The notes under the pieces: generated by a model | Told to the model about the DNA's origin: nothing | Databases searched by the model: none | The model's input: only the letters and a program-made list of their open reading frames with translations | Assembly: GCF_002571385.2 (NCBI RefSeq) | Contig: NW_019217906.1 | Span: 256,913 to 320,841 of the forward strand | From: Stylophora pistillata | Lineage: Eukaryota | DNA: 63,929 bases | Direction: 5' to 3' | Shown here: piece after piece, positions 54,396-63,929 of the stretch | Position numbering within the stretch: position 1 is the first letter of the stretch | Layout of the letters: each line of letters opens with the position of its first letter | Position numbers and translations under genes: made by a program

Positions 54396-56279
54396 CTAGA
54401 TTTTTAACCCAAAAATTACACCAAAATCAAGAGTCACATCATCTCCAATCAGCTTGAAGGGGGCCCACTGACTCACTCGGGAAAAGCCATTTCGTCTCAT
54501 CCACTTCGTAGCCTGGTGAAGAGATTCACAAGCACTTGACCCACGTGCAAGGTGTGCGTAAAAGCATTTCATCAACTGCTCTGTTGCAGTGTCTTCCAGG
54601 GCCCATAGTGCCACCAACACCGAACGTGCACCGGATCCCAAAAACGCCCGAGCAATGCCAACCACTCCCTCGGTTCTGAACTGTCCTTGTGCGCTGTGAC
54701 AGCAACTAAGAACTACTAGTTTTGCTCGCAGCTTAACTTGTGATATGTCGGTCACTGATAACACAAAGTCTTCATCCCTTGGAGTATGGTGAATGGGACG
54801 GAGAGGTGCAAGTGCAATTTCTCCTCTGTCTGGGTTACCATGTGCTGCAAAATGTATCAAACTCACGGATTGGATCTTTTGAAGCACGGCCTGCCTGGTT
54901 GCTTGTTGTCCTATCAAAGGCTCAATGTTCAGCAGTCGCCCAATCATCTCAGCTTCCCTCCGTGCACATGGCAGCGGTGGTATTACTTTACGACGACCCT
55001 TGTAGATAACCTCACCAACTTCAGGATCACCAACAATCAGTGCACCGGTTTGACTGTGGTAATCATCTGGACTGTCCTGAATGAGTTTGAGAGTCGTCAA
55101 CGATGGTGCGAAGCGAATCCGAAACATCTCTGATAAAAATTTCCCATTCTTTGCTTGTAAAGCTGCAAATGGGACCCGATACAACTGACGATCTGGAACG
55201 ATGATGATGTTGGGCTCATCAAGGAAGTCAGCAACAGGAGCAATGATCATGTTGTAATACAATGATAGCTTTGGGTCAGGCTCGTTGTTTTCATCCTCCT
55301 CTACAGGTCTAAAAGGAGCGAAACTACCTCCCTCAGGGGACGTATCTTTCGTTTGGTCCTCACATGAATAGCGATCTTCATTGCTTCCTTTGGACAAAAC
55401 GCCGAACTGTCGAAAGCTTTCAGCAAAAAACTCATCCCATGTTCTCAACAATCCGCCCTGCATTACATCAATGAATTCTCTTTCGTGGGTTTTGGAGACA
55501 CAGTTTCCCTTTAAAATCCACAGAACCAAATTTTTAGGTGTATACGAGATGTAAAGGCAAGTGCAATTGCTCTGTTTATCCATAACATTTTCGATGCTGG
55601 TCCAGGACTGGAAACCAGTGGATGTTTGGTTTTCTAATGAGTACTGGGCTGACAATGTGTCGGTTAGGGCCCGGGCTCTACCAAGCTCTAAAATACCGAG
55701 TGCCTGATTATAGTCTTCCGCCAAAGGAAACATTTCACTGAGAATCCAGTACGGGAAAACACACTGTTGGGCAAAACATATCTTAAACTGATCGTTGTCC
55801 CCAACAGCACCACGCAATTCCTCGCAATTCTGAATGTTTGTAAAAAGACATGCAAATGCGTCTAAAACAGCTCCATCCAAAATGGAAACCATAGTAAGTC
55901 TGCAAAGAGTTAAAAACTCTTGTTTACCGTCACGAATCTCTCTACTGATGGCAAGTGCGTTCTCAAGATATTCTTTCGCTTTGATGTTTTCACCAAGAGA
56001 AATGTATAAACTACCCAGCAGTTCATATTCTTTTGCTAATCCTTTCCTGTCCCCGATTTCTTCGCTGATTGACACAGCCTTCTCGAAGTATTCTTTCGCC
56101 GTTAGATGGTTGCCAATAATACGATGAATGCTTCCAATCCTGGTGCAAGATCTTGCTTCTCCCAGTCTGTAACGAAGTAGTTTTGATATCAGAAGTGTTT
56201 TTTGATAATTTTCGTCAGCCTTCCTGTATTTGCCAAGATTGAAAAACCCATCTCCTACATTCATGTAAGACGTGGCCAC
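54396..56279 (-). CDS. C-terminal half of a TTC28-like TPR-CHAT protein (about 3 TPRs plus CHAT caspase-like domain)
   Basis: 627-codon ORF with TPRs, ELGRARAL, IIIVPD..LYRVPFAAL, IHFAAHG (catalytic His), LVVLSCCHS (catalytic Cys), EGVVGIARAFLGSGARSVLVALW and WAPFKLIG. First ATG at 56264. Confidence 0.9.
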   Translation of the reverse strand: MATSYMNVGDGFFNLGKYRKADENYQKTLLISKLLRYRLGEARSCTRIGSIHRIIGNHLTAKEYFEKAVSISEEIGDRKGLAKEYELLGSLYISLGENIKAKEYLENALAISREIRDGKQEFLTLCRLTMVSILDGAVLDAFACLFTNIQNCEELRGAVGDNDQFKICFAQQCVFPYWILSEMFPLAEDYNQALGILELGRARALTDTLSAQYSLENQTSTGFQSWTSIENVMDKQSNCTCLYISYTPKNLVLWILKGNCVSKTHEREFIDVMQGGLLRTWDEFFAESFRQFGVLSKGSNEDRYSCEDQTKDTSPEGGSFAPFRPVEEDENNEPDPKLSLYYNMIIAPVADFLDEPNIIIVPDRQLYRVPFAALQAKNGKFLSEMFRIRFAPSLTTLKLIQDSPDDYHSQTGALIVGDPEVGEVIYKGRRKVIPPLPCARREAEMIGRLLNIEPLIGQQATRQAVLQKIQSVSLIHFAAHGNPDRGEIALAPLRPIHHTPRDEDFVLSVTDISQVKLRAKLVVLSCCHSAQGQFRTEGVVGIARAFLGSGARSVLVALWALEDTATEQLMKCFYAHLARGSSACESLHQATKWMRRNGFSRVSQWAPFKLIGDDVTLDFGVIFGLKI

Positions 56280-56310
56280 GCCTATTTTGTCACCAATTTC
56301 TTCGTATCAA

Positions 56311-58188
56311 TTATCTTCGTATCCCCACGTCTTTTTCCAAATAATATTGTGCTTCGACATATTCTCCAAGAGAATAAAACAGAGCACCAAGGTTCCCATA
56401 AGACGAAGCTTCACCTCTTCTATTTCCCATTTCCTTATGGATTGTTAGCGCATTCTCGTAGTAATCCCTTGCCTTTACATATTCACCCAAATGTTTAAAC
56501 ACAGTTCCAAGGTTTCCTTTACATATTGCCTCTTCTTTCCTAGCGCCGATTTCTTGAGCGATTGCAAGTGCTTTTTCATAGTGATCCTTTGCCTTGAAAT
56601 ACTCACCTTGGTATTGGAACAAAGTTCCAGAGTTCAAGTAGGACGAAGCTTCCCCTCTTCTGTTCCCGAGTTTTCGCCTGATTGCGACAGCTTTTCCGTA
56701 ATAAGCTTCTGCCTCGCTATAATCACCCACACTTTTTAACAAAGTTCCTAAACCCTCGAAAGAATTAGCCTCACCATTGATGTCACCAATTTCTTGTTGG
56801 ATTCTAATCGCATTTTCGTAATTATCTTTAGCCTTTGCATAGTCACCAATATGTTGAAACACATTACCTTGGCTCACATAACATGCTGCCTCTCCTTTTT
56901 TGTTTCCGATTTCTTGTTCTATTGAAAGTGCTTTCTGGTAATAATCTTGTGCCTTACGATATTTGCCAAGATGCTGGAACACATTTCCTAGATTTCCATA
57001 ACATTTTGCTTTGCCCAATTTGTCACCCGTTTGTTCTTTGATTTCAATCGCTTTTTCAAAATAATCTCTAGCCTTGGCATTTTCACCCAAAGCTAGAAAG
57101 ACATTTCCTAGGTTGCAATAAGATGATGCCTCTCCATTCCTGTTACCAATATCTCGACTGATTTTCAGGCATTTTTCGTGATAATCCTTTGCCTCTTGAT
57201 ATTGACCAAGACGCTGTAAAACGGTTCCAATGTTTCCGTAGCAAGTCGCTTCACCTTTTCTTTCATCAGCTTTTTGATACATCGCAAGAGCCTTAGCAAG
57301 ACATTCTCTAGCTCTAGCATTTTCACCAATAGATAGAAAAACATTTCCAAGGTTCACGTAAGTCAAGGCTTTACCTTTTTGGTCACCAATTTCGTGTTTG
57401 ATTGCGAGTGACTTTTCGTGATGCTCTTTTGCCTTGTTATATTCACCAATTCCCTCCAACACTATGCCTAGGTTTTCATAAGAACTCGCTTCTATATCCT
57501 TGTCGCCTGTTTCTTTTGTGATAGAAAGTGCTTCTTCGAGATACTCTTTCGCCTTCATGTATTTACCAAGAGACTGAAACATGGCCCCGAGGTTGGAGTA
57601 ATTTCTGGCTTGTCCAGTTTTGTCACCCTCTTGCATTCTGATCTTCAGTGCATTCTCGAACAATACCGTCGCTTTGACGTATTCACCGAGAGAGTGCAGG
57701 ACAATTCCTAGTCTCTCGTAACAAAAGGCTTCTTCGCTACTGGCACCCATTTCATTATTGATTTCTGCTGCCTTTTGAAAGAGTTCTTCTGCATCAACTA
57801 GTTTCCCATGGCTTTCGCAGAGTTCGGCTAGTGTTAGGAGCAGGTTACCTTCTAAAGATTTCTCGCCATAGTCGTGAAGTGTGTCAAGAAACCTCTTTCC
57901 ATATTCGATTACACTCGAGTCGTCAGAGGTGAGACAATAGATATCAAATATGGCCAGATGCTGAGCCATGTACCATTTGAGGATTCTGTGTACGACTCCT
58001 TTGTTGTGATTGAAAACCAAGCATTTCTTACAAAATCCACCGACATGTAGAACTCGACAGGTTTTGAGAAAGAAACTGACGACGATGAGGCCAATTAAGA
58101 CAGCCTGGATGACCTCGCCTGTGTCGTTCATGTCACGAGCTTCTACGAGAATAAAGACATGATTGAAAATACGAGGGTAAGCATCCAT
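56311..58188 (-). CDS. N-terminal half of a TTC28-like TPR-CHAT protein (array of about 40-aa TPR units), ending at a premature stop
   Basis: 625-aa intronless ORF of repeated GEASSYxNLGxVFxxLGEYxKAKxYxEKALxI units. The TPR register continues in another frame (EEIGDKIGVATSY) right after the stop. Confidence 0.9.
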   Translation of the reverse strand: MDAYPRIFNHVFILVEARDMNDTGEVIQAVLIGLIVVSFFLKTCRVLHVGGFCKKCLVFNHNKGVVHRILKWYMAQHLAIFDIYCLTSDDSSVIEYGKRFLDTLHDYGEKSLEGNLLLTLAELCESHGKLVDAEELFQKAAEINNEMGASSEEAFCYERLGIVLHSLGEYVKATVLFENALKIRMQEGDKTGQARNYSNLGAMFQSLGKYMKAKEYLEEALSITKETGDKDIEASSYENLGIVLEGIGEYNKAKEHHEKSLAIKHEIGDQKGKALTYVNLGNVFLSIGENARARECLAKALAMYQKADERKGEATCYGNIGTVLQRLGQYQEAKDYHEKCLKISRDIGNRNGEASSYCNLGNVFLALGENAKARDYFEKAIEIKEQTGDKLGKAKCYGNLGNVFQHLGKYRKAQDYYQKALSIEQEIGNKKGEAACYVSQGNVFQHIGDYAKAKDNYENAIRIQQEIGDINGEANSFEGLGTLLKSVGDYSEAEAYYGKAVAIRRKLGNRRGEASSYLNSGTLFQYQGEYFKAKDHYEKALAIAQEIGARKEEAICKGNLGTVFKHLGEYVKARDYYENALTIHKEMGNRRGEASSYGNLGALFYSLGEYVEAQYYLEKDVGIRR

Positions 58189-58477
58189 TGCTATTTACAT
58201 CGTTTTTTCCTTTCAGTCGGTTCGTGGTTGTTATTCTTGCAATCTGATTAGTTTTAGCGGTGAACGAAATCGTCCTATCCGGCAGGAATTGTTCAGAGGG
58301 GCCTCTTTTGTTCAACAAATAAGCGCAAATCGATTAAAATACGCAGCCAAGTTGACCCCTAATTTACCTCTCTGATATGTCCAAGTTAAACACGCGCATG
58401 TTTTGCGGGTTGTGTATCATTTCTTCGAGCTCCATATATAGGAGCAAGAAAAAATGAGAGCAGTCAACAAGTGTCCA

Positions 58478-59992
58478 CTCCTATATTTTAAATCGACGAA
58501 TAAGGACTTCACTATTCCACCAATATTATTTTATTTTCTATCCTTTTTGAAGACTTAAAAGGAAGCAATAGCTAACTTGTAAGGCTTCTTTTTCACAAGT
58601 TAATAAATCAAGAATACGCGAGTAAACCCTGGTGCGTTTTGTCTCCTGGGTGTCCTTTTGTTTTGAAAAAACCTTATCCAAAGTTTAAAAGCTTTGGAGT
58701 ATTAAACGAAGAAGAAGGATGCTGACTAATGCACCGAACCTGAAATTTACGGGATGAACGTCACAAGATTTTGATTTCAGTTTCTTCGACATGAAAAAGT
58801 TCCAGTCCGATAATGTTAAAAAGGCTGATAGTTTCGAAAGAAACTGTTTGGGGCTGCGTCGGTGGGAGTAACGAAATAATTTGGATATATCAACGAAGTT
58901 GAAATGGTAAACTGGCCACCGTAACGATTACAAAAGCTGACGTTTCGAGCGTTAGCCTTTCGTCGGAGCGAATGTGTTAAAACTGAGGCACAGGATATCA
59001 GATAATAAGTATACGCACAAAAAAAAGACCAAATTGAAGTAGAAAGAAAATTGACCAAAAACCTACGAGGAAGATTAAGAATGGAAAAGAATAGCGCATA
59101 TTTGCACTTGCAGAAACGTTTTTGGTGAGATTATACGTCTCGACCGCATCAGTACTAAGTGAAAAAAATAAGCTCGCCGCAATTGTGTCAGTTGTATGAA
59201 CGAAATGCAGAGCCAGCCTCCTTCATCACACTGANCTCCTATATTTTAAATCGACGAATAAGGACTTCACTATTCCACCAATATTATTTTATTTTCTATC
59301 CTTTTTGAAGACTTAAAAGGAAGCAATAGCTAACTTGTAAGGCTTCTTTTTCACAAGTTAATAAATCAAGAATACGCGAGTAAACCCTGGTGCGTTTTGT
59401 CTCCTGGGTGTCCTTTTGTTTTGAAAAAACCTTATCCAAAGTTTAAAAGCTTTGGAGTATTAAACGAAGAATAAGGATGCTGACTAATGCACCGAACCTG
59501 AAATTTACGGGATGAACGTCACAAGATTTTGATTTCAGTTTCTTCGACATGAAAAAGTTCCAGTCCGATAATGTTAAAAAGGCTGATAGTTTCGAAAGAA
59601 ACTGTTTGGGGCTGCGTCGGTGGGAGTAACGAAATAATTTGGATATATCAACGAAGTTGAAATGGTAAACTGGCCACCGTAACGATTACAAAAGCTGACG
59701 TTTCGAGCGTTAGCCTTTCGTCGGAGCGAATGTGTTAAAACTGAGGCACAGGATATCAGATAATAAGTATACGCACAAAAAAAAGACCAAATTGAAGTAG
59801 AAAGAAAATTGACCAAAAACCTACGAGGAAGATTAAGAATGGAAAAGAATAGCGCATATTTGCACTTGCAGAAACGTTTTTGGTGAGATTATACGTCTCG
59901 ACCGCATCAGTACTAAGTGAAAAAAATAAGCTCGCCGCAATTGTGTCAGTTGTATGAACGAAATGCAGAGCCAGCCTCCTTCATCACACTGA
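58478..59992. repeat. 757-bp tandem duplication joined by a single N; probable assembly artefact
   Basis: 58478-59234 and 59236-59992 appear identical apart from one noticed substitution (GAAGAAGG vs GAATAAGG). There is an N at 59235. Confidence 0.85.
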
Positions 59993-62411
59993 AAAAATTT
60001 GGTTAAGAGAAGCAGAGGACGACTTTCACTCTTAACTACACAATACTGATAACAGCGCTCTGATGAAAAATGAAAAAAAAAAAAAAACAAAATTAAACAA
60101 AATAGCAACAAAAACAAAATTTATACCCACCGCTAAATATTTTTTGGGACGAGGAGACCGGTTTTCACTATTGCTCAAATAGTGCTTTACTGCGAAGGAT
60201 CGTGCACATATACGTTTCATAACCGCAGTTCATACATATGTTTCATATGTTTGTTGTTGTTCAGAAAGTTTATCTTTCATTTTTGATGCTGATGGTGTGA
60301 GTTAAACTATCAACCTTTCTAAATAAGGATCTTTTGGTTTCGGTCGAAACTCTATCGATTAAAAGAAAAACATTTCAAGTTATCACTTTAGCCTCATACC
60401 CTCGCGAGACTCCTGGTTCGCTCAGCTATCTCCCGCGTCAATAAAAGGAACGGAAAGGCTTTACATCCTTCCTTCCATCACTACTGAAAGGTATTTCAAT
60501 CACTCAAAAACGGAATCCTTCACTACTGAAAGGTGTTTCTTTCGATCACTCGAAAGCAGAAATCTTCTAAACGGTTGAGTTACTGGTTACGCGCACTTTC
60601 ATTGAAAAGAATACACAAAATTTCTCCGAGTCTTACGCGATGAAATGAGCCGGAGCTGAAAAAAGCAACTCAGCCCGGCGAACGGTCAGCGAGACGTAAG
60701 ATAGAAACAATCAGAGAGGAAAGGAATAAAGAGGAAAAACAGCGGCAAATGTTAAAATTCTTCTTATCGGCGGAGTAACTTCGGGTGACCGAGTCTTCGT
60801 CGTGACGTACAGACCAACACACCTTCCATAGTCTAAAAGTCCAATATGGAAACCATTTATGTATTCTCTGACCAACAAAATATCCGATATGCTTAACAGT
60901 TCGTGGCTTTAAAAAGTCAAGCCCAAAACGTTTGATCATTCCGTCCGGCCATTTAGATGCGATGCACCACTTGCGTCTGCTTTCTTGCCCCGTACTGTTT
61001 GTTGCCTACTCTGTGCGTTCCGTTGCCCTAATATGGTAAAACGACGCAATAGTGGAATGATAAATGCATATTACTGTTATTATTCTGTCGGGCGATTTTA
61101 TTTGAAATTGATTAATGACCCATTATTTCGACTATACTTAAATCAATACAAAGTGTGATTACATAAACACCACCATATCACTAATACTCAACTACTGCAC
61201 ATAACTAAAATAGATCGGTAAAACTAGATGGAGTAGGAATAGCTAATAATTGCAGGATACCTACTGAGTTGGTTTCCGCGCTATTAATAATACAGATCTC
61301 TCGATAACACAGATCTCTAGGTTTTTACCTTTAGCTCCCATGATTTGACTCGTAATTCTCCTTTCCGGCTGTGAAACATTCTTTAGTGGATATCTTAAGA
61401 GAATTTGGTGTTCTATCAAGCTATACTCTATGGGTGATAATTTAGTCTACCTTCATTAACTTTATTCTTGATAATGTACGAAGTTTTTGTTAGAGTAAAT
61501 TACAATTGAATCCTATCTGGGAGCTAGAGGATGAGGGACAATTTTTTCTACGCCTAAACTACTAAATTAATCAGATTTATCTCATCAAACGCAAAGACAG
61601 AGAAACTGCCCCCAGCGAAGAATGTAAAACTGAAAACCCGCTCCAGCCATCGTTGTATTTACGGGAGGAGGGTTCTGTTTGACCTCAACGGAAGAAATTC
61701 TTTCTTGCAGCTTACGAAGGCCAGTTTCGAGGCACATTGAGACTTACAGTTACATTGAAATTAAACACAAAAGTTTTTACGATTAGTTTTGCAAAAATGC
61801 ACAATTTCTTGTGAATGTACCAAACTAGCTTATCACCGTACAGTTGCCGCAATAAATACAAAAATTAAGGGAATTAACAGCGACAATGTTATATTTATAA
61901 ACAGTTCTCAAAGACCCTTAGCATAGCCTGCTTTGCAAGCTCCCTTGGTTTGACGGTGGGATAGGGGCGTCAAGGGAATGCAGGGGGGGGGTGAGAAGAG
62001 GGGTAAGGAATGCAGGGGGGTGACAAGAGGGGAGAGAGGACCCTCCACGTTTACACTCGAGCTGCATTTAAGTGCAAACTTGACGTGTTGATCATAACTT
62101 ACTACCTGACTAAATTACATAGTAAGCACTAACTTACTGTGAATTATGTTTCTTTGTATCATTCATCTCCCTAGAGTTAACTGTACTCACTTTGAAGATT
62201 TCCACTTTTCCCTCTACGCCGTTATGATTGGATCTCTTTTACTAAAGAAACTGATCCCTTGTTGTCCCTCAATAGACAAAAAATAGGCCTAACAAAGGTC
62301 AAAACTACCATTAAAATAGGGTTTGACGTTGTATAACGTCAAAATCATACACAGTTGCCACTATAATCTGTTATACCATTTATCTACACTAGATTCATTA
62401 GGGGTTTAATT

Positions 62412-63679
62412 TTAAGCTTCTTCGTAGAAACCGTCGATCTCATCTTTGAACATTTTGCACACAATCGGCCGCCTCAGCTTGAGAGTGGGACCTGTTATAA
62501 AACAGCAATAGAACATTAGTGTAAACAAATCAATCAGATAAATCACCTATGATATTACTGCGTCTCTTTCAATGCCATCTTCCTCGTTACGTTCGCAGGC
62601 GAATCTCAAAATTTTCCGAACAGTTACAGGCGTCATCAGGATCCAAATTCTCCAGTTACTTAACATACTGAGCTCTAAGACAGACGAGTACTGCGAACCA
62701 CGAAAATTATAAATTATGGACTACAGCCTGCATGAAACTCAAACTTTCTACAGAAATGGCCAACAAACAAAAGCATGGTCATCATTTCGGAGAGTTTGCT
62801 CTCAGATCTTTGGAGTGAAAGAGCAAAGAGAGGTAAATTCAGAACAGAGTAAACCATTCCTAGTGATTAAAACACATATCTTACCTAACTCCCCGCCTGG
62901 AAGGGAAAAGTCCTTTTCCAAGATGCTCCACTTCTGCACCTGTAAGAGACGGTATATTTTAAAATCAGAGTTTCTATTAAACTGGACAGAATCTGTTTAC
63001 ACAAGCGCAAAAGGACTTGAGACAGCAGCCTAAAATGAACAATTTAAAGGGATTCGAAGTAATTATATTTGACTATACTTTGAGTCAAGCTTTATAACTG
63101 TCGGAATGACTGAAGGGAACCCAGTTTCACCCTTTAAACCCTAATATCAGAATGCATATTCTCCATACTGTTCTCTATACATTTCGTAGTGTGCTGACAA
63201 GGAGAATTTGTTTAACAATCGAGAGCTCCTGTTGTTGGGGATCATTTCGTCTATTCTGGTGACCTTTCTGTTTAATTCTGAGGCGGTATGAAAGGGAGAA
63301 ATTACACGCTAGTTACTTTTAGGAGTCAACGGCTTCATTAAAGTAGATGACAACAGATTAAATGTAGTACACTGTCCTATGCACCGCCATCTTTTCTCAA
63401 AATCAAATATAGTTTCTAAAACTCTCATCCAAACTCTGAATTGCACGAAGAGCTCTACCTTTGCACATACACTTTACCGCTCCATACCTTTTGAGCTCTC
63501 GACGTGGCCTTGGCATTGGCTCGATCAATTCCCTCTTGAATCGCTTTCATTACTTTCTCGTCTTTGGTCGACAGAATTTCGGAAACAGTTTTTGCATCAC
63601 TGCCGATAGACTTGCAGTACTTGAGGGCAACATCAGTGAGATTGTCGGAAGGTTCGCCGGTTTCTACGTCAACAACGAC
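62412..63679 (-). CDS. ACSBG2: Long-chain-fatty-acid--CoA ligase, bubblegum (ACSBG) family, last three exons
   Basis: Exons 63679-63488, 62939-62885 and 62491-62412 join in frame: ...AIQEGIDRANAKATSRAQKVQKWSILEKDFSLPGGELGPTLKLRRPIVCKMFKDEIDGFYEEA*. The gene continues beyond the window. Confidence 0.9.
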
Positions 63680-63929
63680 CTGATTGTAATATCCAAAATG
63701 CATGAAAAAAAGTTAATTTCTATTGAGAGGTATATTCACGTCACACACTGGTGATGGCTCATACTGAATCTGGAAGCTATTCAGTCCAACTAAATTAGTT
63801 CAATCAAATGACATTTGCTGTAATGCAGTAAATGGTTTGAACCCGGGGGTAACATGTGAAGGTGTAGTCTGATCGTCCGGGTGAGTGTAGTCCTGAGAAG
63901 GACTGTTGTCGGTGGCAGTGAGACGGACG

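Noticed and set aside
58478-59992. Tandem duplication giving two identical 80-aa ORFs
   Set aside because: A single N at the junction and near identity point to overlapping contig or haplotype ends. The ORFs are chance translations of a repeat.
60670-60939. 89-aa minus-strand ORF between TPR-CHAT and ACSBG
   Set aside because: No recognisable motif or exon structure.
34049-63679. Lipoxygenase plus acyl-CoA ligase as a lipid gene cluster
   Set aside because: They are separated by unrelated genes (GTF2H2, TPR-CHAT); nothing in the sequence supports functional linkage.

Overview
Intron-rich, AT-rich eukaryotic DNA. The gene set and repeat families suggest a cnidarian, most likely a stony coral (inference). 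The ORF track mostly shows exon fragments, so genes were rebuilt by hand from splice sites and reading-frame continuity. In order: 3' part of KATNAL2 (+); a decayed possible TIR-like remnant (-); a frameshifted CTHRC1-like pseudogene (-); FAM227B-like gene (-) with two U12-type (minor spliceosome) introns; a lipoxygenase (+) with a signal peptide, no PLAT domain, Gly at the Coffa site and C-terminal Thr; GTF2H2/TFIIH p44 (+); an intronless TPR-CHAT (caspase-like) gene split by a stop/frameshift (-); and the 3' end of an ACSBG-type acyl-CoA ligase (-). Introns and intergenic DNA hold non-autonomous DNA transposons, a tRNA-derived SINE, a LINE tail and many Penelope-type repeats with minimal hammerhead-ribozyme cores. 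There are two N gaps and one probable haplotype-overlap duplication artefact.
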